From assembly GCA_048886685.1 (NCBI GenBank), contig JBHLKM010000018.1:1-64000 (forward strand): a stretch of DNA of 64,000 nucleotides, read 5' to 3'. Source of the DNA: Candidatus Hodarchaeota archaeon. Lineage in GTDB: Archaea; Asgardarchaeota; Lokiarchaeia; Sigyniarchaeales; SOKP01. A program made the position numbers and the translations under genes. Below the pieces are notes generated by a model. The model was given only the letters and a program-made list of their open reading frames with translations, had not been told where the DNA came from and made no database searches. Within the stretch, counting starts at the first letter, position 1, and each line of letters starts with the position of its first letter. Shown here piece by piece: positions 20,522 to 29,706 of the stretch.

Positions 20522-21202
20522 TTATATTAAGAAACCTTTAAATATCAATACCATTCCCACATCTATAGCAATCAAGGCACTAATTTCGAGTAAAATCAAA
20601 CCAAACATACCACCAGCTAAATTGATGAAAAGTCCTATTATCACGAAAATTATACCTGCAAAAAACCACTGTATTCTGTTCTTAGTCTCTTCCCCTATTT
20701 TTCTTGTAATCATGGCATATTTGTACACAACATAAACAAGTAATATAATCCTAACAAGATTTACAGAAATTTGCAAACTAAGTTCAGTCTTAGTATTAAC
20801 ATTTCCTTGCGCATATGCTTCATCATCTAATGTTGGGACCCAGATGAAATATCCAAAACTTATAATTATAAACAAAGCAATCATAGTTCCAAGATATTTA
20901 ATGCTCATTGCAACCTTTTCATACTTCTCAAGGATAAATACAGTCATTACTAAGGAAATAGGGATAAAATTGAAAAAGATCTGGGCTGTTATCATAATTG
21001 GAATAATAATTTTTGAATTAAATGTGATTAGATGGTAAGCGGTGTAAGCAATAAATCCCAGAGCAGCGGAGATAAAAAATGCGAAAAACCATCTATTAAG
21101 CCAATTATCAGGATTTAAACGTAATTCATAAACGCCAGCAATAACTGCTAGAATTAATGTAATTATAGCAGCAATAATTTTAATTATATTATAAATATCC
21201 AT
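20522..21202 (-). CDS. Polytopic membrane protein (about 6-7 TM; resembles sensor N-terminal 7TM regions, no cytoplasmic output domain)
   Basis: Hydrophobic helices throughout; NPDNWLNRWFF after TM1. Confidence 0.65.
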   Translation of the reverse strand: MDIYNIIKIIAAIITLILAVIAGVYELRLNPDNWLNRWFFAFFISAALGFIAYTAYHLITFNSKIIIPIMITAQIFFNFIPISLVMTVFILEKYEKVAMSIKYLGTMIALFIIISFGYFIWVPTLDDEAYAQGNVNTKTELSLQISVNLVRIILLVYVVYKYAMITRKIGEETKNRIQWFFAGIIFVIIGLFINLAGGMFGLILLEISALIAIDVGMVLIFKGFLI

Positions 21203-21265
21203 ATTTTAATCTACTGACGCAATCATATATAATATTTTTTTTAAATTTTTGAGATTTATATAATC

Positions 21266-22756
21266 TTATTTTCTTTTGATTTCAAAAACATGTCCCTCCC
21301 AAGCGGGTAATTCTACATATAACCCATATCTAGATAGATCTTCTCCCTTATATGAATAGTTCCTCTGATTTAATAAATCTATAAATATCCAGTTATCGGA
21401 ACCATAGACTATAGGATCTATTTTTATATGACCTTTTGAAAAATGTGTACTATAATTAACAACGACCAAGAAATAGATATCATCTATCCACCATATATAT
21501 GAAATCAGATTCTTGAAAGAGGGGTCATCAGAACCAACTGGATCTATTTTACAAATGGACCATTGGGCATCAGAAAGATCTTTTCCTGGAATGATTCTTA
21601 GTAAGTTTTGATAAAAAGCAAAGAGATCCTGGTTTCTTTCTTCAGTTTGTCGTCTACCTAATTGCACGGGTAATTTGATTTTAAAACCTTCCATTTGTCC
21701 TTCATGTATTAACCTAGCTCCAGGTAATGTCATTGCAATTATTGCAGCTGCGCAACTGCGTTTTTCACCAAATTTAGTAATGGCTCTAGGTTCATCATGG
21801 TTTTCTATAAATCTTATAAGTTTGCTTTGATAATTCCAATCCGCATCGAGATGTGCTCTTATGTTTTGAACATCTCCATGAGATAAACGGTCATACAATC
21901 GTTTATCATAACAAAAATCAAATCCTTGTTGTTGAAGTTCCCATTCCAAATCCCAGTAAACTTCAGCAATAAACAAAAAGTGTGGAAACTTTTCCTTAAC
22001 TGCAGGAATAATCTCTTCCCAAAATTCTTTTTCAGGTATAGATCCAGCTTTCTCTCCCCATGTTTTATTGAATACCTTATTTGTCATTAACATAACCATA
22101 TCACAGCGAACACCATCACATAATTCAGCTATACTTAATAACGTACTAATTGTCTTTTGTCGTGCTTCTTCCGAGAACGCATTAATTTGGATAGTATCAG
22201 TCCACCCTCCGATAAAATTGGGATCTCGACCATGAGCATATACTTTTTCTGAGAGACTAAAAAAATTATAAGGATGGTTCATAAGATCTTCCAATGTTCC
22301 TTTAATAAATAGATTAGAATCCAATGTCCAAAGAGAATCGATTGAAACATGATTAGGAACATAATCTAATAACAAACGTATTCCACGTTTGCTTAATTGA
22401 CTTCGAACCTTTTTTATTCCGTCTATTCCACCAATATTTTTATCAACATGATAATAATAAATGGCGTATGGAGACCCTACTACATCATCTTCACGAAACT
22501 CATGTAAAGCTTTATGAAATTCTTTTTGTAAGTCGGGATGTTCCAGAGCGATTTTTTTACTCGCTGGACTCCTTTCCCATACACCCATTAACCAGACAGC
22601 ATCAAATTTATTAACATATTTATTAAAAATCTCATCTGGGATGTTTTTAAGTGATATAGCAGAACTAAATTTTTCTGATAAAGAGTCTAACCACGGCCAT
22701 GTATTTATTTCATAAATTTTTGGATTTTTTAACCAAGGTTTATGCTCGATCGGCAT
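21266..22756 (-). CDS. GH13 alpha-amylase-family glycosidase
   Basis: LLDYVPNH, GVRCDM (nucleophile), AEVYW (acid/base), ENHDE. Confidence 0.92.
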   Translation of the reverse strand: MPIEHKPWLKNPKIYEINTWPWLDSLSEKFSSAISLKNIPDEIFNKYVNKFDAVWLMGVWERSPASKKIALEHPDLQKEFHKALHEFREDDVVGSPYAIYYYHVDKNIGGIDGIKKVRSQLSKRGIRLLLDYVPNHVSIDSLWTLDSNLFIKGTLEDLMNHPYNFFSLSEKVYAHGRDPNFIGGWTDTIQINAFSEEARQKTISTLLSIAELCDGVRCDMVMLMTNKVFNKTWGEKAGSIPEKEFWEEIIPAVKEKFPHFLFIAEVYWDLEWELQQQGFDFCYDKRLYDRLSHGDVQNIRAHLDADWNYQSKLIRFIENHDEPRAITKFGEKRSCAAAIIAMTLPGARLIHEGQMEGFKIKLPVQLGRRQTEERNQDLFAFYQNLLRIIPGKDLSDAQWSICKIDPVGSDDPSFKNLISYIWWIDDIYFLVVVNYSTHFSKGHIKIDPIVYGSDNWIFIDLLNQRNYSYKGEDLSRYGLYVELPAWEGHVFEIKRK

Positions 22757-22900
22757 TATTCTAGTAAATTTTCGATTTTTTAAATAAATAGATGAATTAA
22801 AAATAGATTTCTTAGCTTATAAAGAAATACTTAATTTGAAAGGAAAAATTTTGCCCAATTTATTGAAGAATAATGAAATCCTTTAAAGAACATCATTAAT

Positions 22901-24451
22901 TTATTTTTTTTTTAGCTTTAGTATCGTTAGTGAATGAGGTTTCAGTAGAATCTGCATCTCAGGGCTAATTCCTTCGATCGTTTCTTCCTTAATCTCAATT
23001 TTAGTGCGGTTTTCAATTGTATTATAATCAAATGGAGATTCACTTGTTAATTCTACTTTTAATCCCTTCTCGGTTGGTATGAAACCATTTAATTCTAATT
23101 CTAATTCTATCTCACTTTCAAAATGTTTATTAATGATTGCAATTGAAATCTCATTGTTAGTATCATTGATTGTAGTGTTTGATTCGATATAGGGAACATT
23201 TTCAAATCTTGGTATAACTCCGTACTTATTAGAATCAAATGTGGGAGATTGAATGTGTACATCCTCAACTAGGCGATTGAAGCAATTATCAACAATAGTT
23301 TTAAAAGCTAAATAAATGGGAGTTAGTATTAAACCTTCGGGATCTGTTTGAATTGTCCCCATACAATTGACTAATTGAGCCCAATTTGCCATTGGACATT
23401 TATCTGTCATTTTCTGAAGAGTCATTAAAACCATCGCTGTCCATAAACCATCTTGAAGATTAAAGTTTGTTTTAACAGCATCTTTAAATAAATACCACAC
23501 CCCCCATTCGTCAAAAGCTATTCTAACATGTGTATCATCACCTAAAGATTTAATTATATCATCCCATGTTTTATTTATGTAATTTTCTATCAATGATTTT
23601 GAAGCCATAAGTGCATGATAGCAGCTATTATTATCAGGATGTTTTTCACCAGTAAATTTCCCAGCACCATGAGGAAGGTATCGATGTATACTTAAATAAT
23701 CAACAAAAGTTTCCCCAACCTTATGTAATAGCGGTTGATTCCAGTCAGAACGCCACGATCCACACGCAACTAATTTAATTTTAGGATCTTTTTCTCTCAT
23801 TTTCTCTGCGAACTTTAAATATTTTGTAGCATAGTCTATTGGATTCTTCTCATAGCCTGATTCCCAAAAGCCAAAAATTTCATTTGCTATTCCCCAAATT
23901 TTCACATTATAAGGATCTTCTCTACCATTTTTAGCTCTTAAATTACCAAATTGTGTATCTATAGTTCCATTACAATATTCAACCCATTCAGCTGCTTCTT
24001 CTGGAGTGCCAGTACCATAATTTATATTAATATAGGGTTCCGCATTTATTTCTTCACAAAATGTTAAAAATTCATCTGTACCGAATTGATTTTGAATAAT
24101 TGGGGCCATACCAGGGACCTTTTTTTCTAATCGATTCCAATGTATATTTTCTACAACTTTCCGTGAATCTCTATCACCTATTGCATCCTTCCAGTGATAT
24201 ACATCCGAATAACATCCCCCAGGCCATCTTAAAACTGTTACCCTCATATCCTTCACAGCTTTTAGAAGGTCTTCTCGAATCCCAATTAAACGGGGATTTC
24301 CTTTAATTAAAGACACTTTTACAGGATCATATGCCCAAATTCCGTTATGAATGCATTCTCCTATATGTTCAATGAAATTACTATAGATCATAGGATTTAT
24401 GTATTTTTTATTAGAATCAATATTAATTACAATCTTATTCCCTATTGACAT
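22901..24451 (-). CDS. GH51 alpha-L-arabinofuranosidase
   Basis: FIEHIG, LRWPGGC..D.YHW, FGTDEF, WGIANE (acid/base), AFDEW (nucleophile), WAQLVN. Confidence 0.93.
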   Translation of the reverse strand: MSIGNKIVINIDSNKKYINPMIYSNFIEHIGECIHNGIWAYDPVKVSLIKGNPRLIGIREDLLKAVKDMRVTVLRWPGGCYSDVYHWKDAIGDRDSRKVVENIHWNRLEKKVPGMAPIIQNQFGTDEFLTFCEEINAEPYININYGTGTPEEAAEWVEYCNGTIDTQFGNLRAKNGREDPYNVKIWGIANEIFGFWESGYEKNPIDYATKYLKFAEKMREKDPKIKLVACGSWRSDWNQPLLHKVGETFVDYLSIHRYLPHGAGKFTGEKHPDNNSCYHALMASKSLIENYINKTWDDIIKSLGDDTHVRIAFDEWGVWYLFKDAVKTNFNLQDGLWTAMVLMTLQKMTDKCPMANWAQLVNCMGTIQTDPEGLILTPIYLAFKTIVDNCFNRLVEDVHIQSPTFDSNKYGVIPRFENVPYIESNTTINDTNNEISIAIINKHFESEIELELELNGFIPTEKGLKVELTSESPFDYNTIENRTKIEIKEETIEGISPEMQILLKPHSLTILKLKKK

Positions 24452-24594
24452 TAAACTAGCTCTCGAAAGAGTTATTTTTAGATAATATAATTATATAACT
24501 ATAGGAGATATTATGTTCTTTTGAAATAAATAGATTTAAAAAATTTTGATATCATATGTATTATAAAGAAAAATATAAAGAATAAAGTATAAAA

Positions 24595-25158
24595 ATGAGT
24601 GAAGAGAAAGAAGCCTTACGGAAGCTAATAATGCTCATATCCGACTTACGTGCAAAGGATGAAGAGCGCTATGAAGCCCATGTTAATTTTATGAATGAAA
24701 CAATTAAAATGATTAGCGCCATTGAATCTCAGATGAATAAGCATTGGAGTACTGTATTGGAATCTCTAAAGGAATTAAATGAAAGTATAAGCGAAAATTT
24801 AGATTCTTTACTTACAGGAATTAATCCAAAAGGACTACGAGAAACATCCAAATCATTAAAGGAAATAATGGATACAATGAACAAAAGTGTACAAACCATG
24901 AATTTAGAAAAAGTAATGAGCGAACTAAAAGTTTTGAAATCTGGAGGTGTTACTTATGTACCAACTCAAGCCGTAGCAGTAGGACAACAACCAGAACCAA
25001 TTTCTGCATCTACAGGCATAAACCCCGTAGGTCTCAAAACTCCAGGAGCAGCCAGTAAAGCAAAAGAGGAGTCAGAATGGGTAGATCCTCATGAAAAGGC
25101 AAAAAAGGAAGAAGAAGATCAGCACTTACTCAAACCATCAGATTTCTTCGGTACGTGA
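24595..25158 (+). CDS. Hypothetical coiled-coil protein with disordered linker and short C-terminal motif
   Basis: Helical heptad-like aa 1-115, P/A/T/G-rich linker, ending EEEDQHLLKPSDFFGT. Confidence 0.7.
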   Translation: MSEEKEALRKLIMLISDLRAKDEERYEAHVNFMNETIKMISAIESQMNKHWSTVLESLKELNESISENLDSLLTGINPKGLRETSKSLKEIMDTMNKSVQTMNLEKVMSELKVLKSGGVTYVPTQAVAVGQQPEPISASTGINPVGLKTPGAASKAKEESEWVDPHEKAKKEEEDQHLLKPSDFFGT

Positions 25159-25173
25159 ATTATGATGTATTTT

Positions 25174-26532
25174 TTATTGAGTAAATAAGTTCATAAAAGG
25201 AGTTAATTTTTCTTTAATATCTTCAATATTCTCCCCGATTTTCTTAAACCGAATAATAACAGTAGGTTTTCTAAGTTCATTCCTAATTTTATTTTTCAGT
25301 AATTCATAACAATTTGAAGAATTTGTATAACAATCAATTACTTGATTGAAGACAACACCATTAAAGCCCAATTTTTTAGAATACTCTAAATATGAATTAA
25401 CTAGCGCATCACAGTTCTTTAAACAATGAATTCCCTTCTTTGAAGCATTCAAAAGAAAGTTGCCATAATCCATGATCGGATCTGAATCTTTGGAAACGGG
25501 AATTTCTTCCAATAACCCTAAAATATCCCAATCTGCATAAATAGTTCTTCCCCCATATTTATAAATGAGTTCATGAATTTCTGGTTCCCATCCATTAAAA
25601 ATAGGGGAAACCAGTAATCGGGGAGTATTTGAAACATCCATACCTATACCCTTCTTCACTCTTTCTCTCATTTCTTTAACGAGCTGACTCATATTTTCGA
25701 GGTATCTCTGGGCATTCGAATTATAATCTTGGAATGAAATTGTAAGAAGGCCTAAAATCTCTGCGAATGTAGCTGGATTACAAGGATAAAAATCGGACGT
25801 ACTGATTTCATGCAGAATTGTTTTATAATATCGTTTTACTTGATTCCCTATACGAAATTGTTTTTTTAAACTATTGTCCGAAACAATATTTCCTGTGATG
25901 TTTTCTAACTCAGTTATAGCTTTATCTATACTATCTTTAATAAGTTCTAAAGATTTTTCTTGATTTCCCTGCTGATTAGAGGGAAGATCTACCCAAATTT
26001 GGTTTGGAATTATCGTTTTTAAAGATTCTGAGTATTTATTCCACTCACTACACCTTATTCTGAATTTCAAATTAGCATCAATATTTTCGTATTGAGATTT
26101 ATGCATACCATAAATTGCATTTACCCCATAACACAAATTAGGTTTCTCATCAATTACTCCTAAATCATACATTTCATTATATTTCTGATTAATTGTATTT
26201 AACACATCGTTTATAATTGAGTCAACAATTTTCAAAAAATCTAATTGACGAGCAATACCTAAGAGATTCGTAGTAATATTCCACCCAAATAAACTTTTTG
26301 CAGTATTGAGTGCTAGCAAATATAGATTAATTTTAAATTTCTCCATACGAATTGGAAACACAGGAATAGAATCTGCGGCATAAACTAAGTCTGGAAATCC
26401 TAAAGCAACAGAAATAAGCTTCTTTTTTTCTTTAGTCTTTTTCTTTATTAAATAATCTCTCCCAGTCAGGAAATTGTAAGCAATTTTCAACACTGAGGTA
26501 AAACTTACAACATCATCAGCGTATATGCTCAT
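25174..26532 (-). CDS. 2-hydroxyacyl-CoA dehydratase-family subunit, paralog of 34505..35863
   Basis: Shares IAYNFLTGRDYL, KKLISVAL.F.DLVYA, PVFPIRM, SDFYPCNPATF.EIL and GIGMDVS with the 34.5-kb gene; Cys in LCYG, RCS.W and IDCY. Confidence 0.8.
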   Translation of the reverse strand: MSIYADDVVSFTSVLKIAYNFLTGRDYLIKKKTKEKKKLISVALGFPDLVYAADSIPVFPIRMEKFKINLYLLALNTAKSLFGWNITTNLLGIARQLDFLKIVDSIINDVLNTINQKYNEMYDLGVIDEKPNLCYGVNAIYGMHKSQYENIDANLKFRIRCSEWNKYSESLKTIIPNQIWVDLPSNQQGNQEKSLELIKDSIDKAITELENITGNIVSDNSLKKQFRIGNQVKRYYKTILHEISTSDFYPCNPATFAEILGLLTISFQDYNSNAQRYLENMSQLVKEMRERVKKGIGMDVSNTPRLLVSPIFNGWEPEIHELIYKYGGRTIYADWDILGLLEEIPVSKDSDPIMDYGNFLLNASKKGIHCLKNCDALVNSYLEYSKKLGFNGVVFNQVIDCYTNSSNCYELLKNKIRNELRKPTVIIRFKKIGENIEDIKEKLTPFMNLFTQ

Positions 26533-27008
26533 TATAATATATAATGCATTAATTTCAAATAATAATATGAAACACTAAACTCTACATTTTAAATTTAATC
26601 ATAAAAGTGTATTAAAATTTATGAGAATTAAAAGATATACTCGAATTTTTTAAAATTTGACGTGAATAGAATAAAATTATCATTTAAAGGGTCGATTTAA
26701 AGAAATATCAAAAATTTACAATCATTTACCGAAAAAATTAAATATCTTGATTTATATTAATGAATTAGAATTAAAAATGATTTGATATCTATTTACCGGA
26801 ATTGTTCCTTTAAATTAGTTTGAATATAAAATAAAATATTCAAGTAGTACCTAAATATAAAGTTAGTTGTTCCTATTTGGGAAATTTTAACTTGTATTAA
26901 TAGAATTAGTCAATTTAAAGGTTAAAATTAAAAAAAATTAAAAAAATTCTGCGAAGAAAGTTATAAAATTAAATCCAAATAATAATGTAAAAATTTATAG
27001 GTGATAGA

Positions 27009-27275
27009 ATGAACAAAGACGAAAGTTTTTTAAAACGAGGATATGAACTTGCTTCAGAGATGAAACTCCCATTAATAGATGAAAGGGTACAAGTTAATGC
27101 CAAATTCAAGGCAAGTAATGCAACTACTATAGTTAAATTCACTTTCGATGAAGATGAATCAATTATACGAGGTTTTCTAGGATTAGCAGAATATTTTCAT
27201 TCAGTAATAATAAAATCAAAAAATAAATTTTACATTCCTCATGACCATAAACTGTTTATTTTAGTAACTGTCTAA
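27009..27275 (+). CDS. Small hypothetical protein
   Basis: 88 aa with an AGGTGA SD just before the ATG. Confidence 0.7.
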   Translation: MNKDESFLKRGYELASEMKLPLIDERVQVNAKFKASNATTIVKFTFDEDESIIRGFLGLAEYFHSVIIKSKNKFYIPHDHKLFILVTV

Positions 27276-27379
27276 TTTTCTTATTAAATCTATCCAATTT
27301 TAAATGTTTTAGGAAAATTGGTATTTATATCATTAATAAAAAATGATTACAGTTAAAATAAGAAATAAATCTGTAGATT

Positions 27380-27601
27380 TTAAGAGATTTTTTTTACTAA
27401 AATCTGTTTAGATGCGTTGATAATTTTAAGTTTAGGCATTTCTTGGATCTTTTTTATTAGTTCAATTTGGTTTTTAATAGTATTCCAATTTGATTTAGCT
27501 TGTTGAGAGATATCGCTTATTGTATGATAATTGCCATCTCCTAAAGCCTTATAAATATTTTCAACTATCTTCCACGTGGTTTTCCTTTGAGTTTGACTTA
27601 T
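27380..27601 (-). CDS. Uncalled small winged-helix/HTH DNA-binding protein (probable ATA start)
   Basis: Manual translation (I/M)SQTQRKTTWKIVENIYKALGDGNYHTISDISQQAKSNWNTIKNQIELIKKIQEMPKLKIINASKQILVKKIS*; TISDISQQAKSNWNTIK is HTH-like; GGTGGA upstream; no in-frame ATG/GTG/TTG at the N-terminus. Confidence 0.65.
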   Translation of the reverse strand: MSQTQRKTTWKIVENIYKALGDGNYHTISDISQQAKSNWNTIKNQIELIKKIQEMPKLKIINASKQILVKKIS

Positions 27602-27810
27602 CGAAATATTTATCCACCATATGATTATATTTGTTTTATAAATAAAAAATAATAATTCCTTAATATATAAATTGTATATAAAAATATATAAGTTTACTTA
27701 TTTTTTGAACAAATATCTTTAAATAAAAGGTTATCTATTTAATTAAATAGTAAGATTATTTCTATTTAAATGATCATTATACTTAAATATTAATCATTTC
27801 TATAATTATA

Positions 27811-27963
27811 TAGTGTTGATTATGTATATTTGTATAACCACTCAGAAAGTAGCAAATATGCCTATTTTTAAATTACAGAAATCGACTTGGGGAAATCCTA
27901 TAAGTCGATTTTGTGAATAATTGAGAAATAACACAACAAAAACTCCTTATTGGAGGTAATTTT
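27811..27963 (+). promoter_or_regulatory. Putative structured 5' leader with an SD-occluding hairpin upstream of the B12-protein operon
   Basis: Perfect 10-bp stem AAATCGACTT (27879-88)/AAGTCGATTT (27902-11); CTCC (27943-46) pairs with the SD GGAG (27952-55); TTAAATA TATA-like box at 27783. Confidence 0.5.
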
Positions 27964-29706
27964 ATGATAAAAATTAATAATAGTATCAAAAAGGAAAAAA
28001 GAGAAAAGATTTTAACCGCATGTATTGGTCAATGTGTACATGTAGCAGGAACCTATAATTTTATGAATATTGCAACCCAATTGGGATTTGAATGTTTATT
28101 TTTAGGCCCTGCAACATCTAATTCTGTAATTATTGACAAATTAAAAGTATTTAAACCAGATATTTTAGGGCTTAGTTATCGACTAACACCCTCTACTCTC
28201 AGACCGATACTTCAAGAATTTAAAGAAAATTATGTAGAATTGAAAGAGAAACCTCAACAACTATTTTTTGCAGGTACTCCGGAAGTTGTTAGAGTTGCCA
28301 AAAAGTTTAATCTTTTCCATGAGTACTTTATCGGGGGAGAATCAAAGCATAAGATAATCTCGATTTTAAGAAAAGATTTAGCAGCTCAAGAAGAAAAGAT
28401 AAAAGTTCCTTTTGATTTAATTTCTCGGATAAAATGGAAAAACCCTTTTCCTATAATAAGAGCCCATTTTGGATTACCAAGTATGGAAGATACTGTAAAT
28501 GGGATAAAAAAAATCGCAGATGCCGAGATATTAGATATAATCTCAATCGCTCCTGATCAGAATACTCAAGCAAATTATTTTCATCCTAAGAATCAAGTCA
28601 AAGAGCTATCTGGGGCGGGAGGGGTTCCTATCAGGACTAAGGAAGATTTTTTGGAATTACATAGTGCTAGATTAACGGGAAATTATCCTTTGTTGAGAAT
28701 TTATGCAGGCACTCGTGACTTTATAAGGTTAGCTGAATTATACCGAGATACTATACATAATGCTTGGGCTGCTATACCGATTTTTTGGTTTAATCAAATG
28801 GATGGAAGAGGGCCATTAACGTTAAAACAATCCATAAAACGACATTTAGAAGTAATAAAATGGCATGGTGAAAACAACGTCCCCGTCGAAATCAATGATT
28901 CTCATCACTGGAGTTTAAGAGATGCTCCAGATGCTATTGCTGTAGCTGATATGTATTTAAGTGGTATAATAGCTAAAGGATTGGGAGTAAAACATTTTAT
29001 CGCCCAATATATGTTTAATACACCGCCTTCAAGTTCACTTGATATGGATTTAGCTAAAATTCTAGCAAAAAATGAATTACTTCATACTTTAATTGACAAG
29101 AAATTTTCAGTAATTAAACAAGTAAGGACGGGATTAGCCAGTTTTCCATTGGATTTAAGTAGAGCTAAAGGTCAATTGGCAACAGCAACTATAGTTCAAC
29201 TAGCAATAAAACCAGATATTGTTCATGTAGTTAGTTATTCAGAAGCTGCTCACGCTGCTCTTCCAGAAGATGTAATTGAAAGCTGTAAAATTGTTGATCA
29301 AGTTATAAATAGGATTTATTCAAGCGAAATTAATGTCGTTAATGAAAAAATATTAAGAAGAAAAGCAGAATTAATTAACCAGGCGAAGTGGATAATTGAT
29401 TCAATACCGTATCTAGCTAAGAATAAAAAGGAAATTCAAAATCCATATATTAATTATAAGGTTTTAAATCGTCTCGTAAAATATGGAATATTTGATGCAC
29501 CTCATTTAGTAAACAATAAATATGCTCAAGGTAAAATTAGAACTAAAATAATTAATGGTGGGTGCTACTCCTGGGATGATTCAAGACAGAAAAAATATGA
29601 TGAAATAGAAAGAGTTAAAGACATTATCATTAATCTCCAAGGTTTACAGTTGATTAAATTATTAAATAAAAGAGAAAAATCTATATTTGGGGTGATATAT
29701 AAATGA
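27964..29706 (+). CDS. Cobalamin-binding domain fused to a putative glutamate-mutase-like TIM-barrel domain
   Basis: N-terminal Rossmann B12 domain (CVHVAG variant of DxHxxG, FLGPA, GLSYRL, FAGT) plus a large catalytic-looking domain (PDQN, GAGGVP, DGRGP, HHW, MFNTP, HVVSYSEAAHAA). Confidence 0.75.
   Translation: MIKINNSIKKEKREKILTACIGQCVHVAGTYNFMNIATQLGFECLFLGPATSNSVIIDKLKVFKPDILGLSYRLTPSTLRPILQEFKENYVELKEKPQQLFFAGTPEVVRVAKKFNLFHEYFIGGESKHKIISILRKDLAAQEEKIKVPFDLISRIKWKNPFPIIRAHFGLPSMEDTVNGIKKIADAEILDIISIAPDQNTQANYFHPKNQVKELSGAGGVPIRTKEDFLELHSARLTGNYPLLRIYAGTRDFIRLAELYRDTIHNAWAAIPIFWFNQMDGRGPLTLKQSIKRHLEVIKWHGENNVPVEINDSHHWSLRDAPDAIAVADMYLSGIIAKGLGVKHFIAQYMFNTPPSSSLDMDLAKILAKNELLHTLIDKKFSVIKQVRTGLASFPLDLSRAKGQLATATIVQLAIKPDIVHVVSYSEAAHAALPEDVIESCKIVDQVINRIYSSEINVVNEKILRRKAELINQAKWIIDSIPYLAKNKKEIQNPYINYKVLNRLVKYGIFDAPHLVNNKYAQGKIRTKIINGGCYSWDDSRQKKYDEIERVKDIIINLQGLQLIKLLNKREKSIFGVIYK

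Noticed and set aside
26533-27008. Long AT-rich intergenic region as ncRNA, origin or IS remnant
   Set aside because: No convincing stem, ORB-like repeat, terminal inverted repeat or ORF seen; consistent with divergent promoters.
27875-27914. Hairpin as a SECIS element or canonical cobalamin riboswitch
   Set aside because: No in-frame TGA selenoprotein candidate nearby, and no recognisable SECIS core or B12-box; kept only as an unclassified leader structure.
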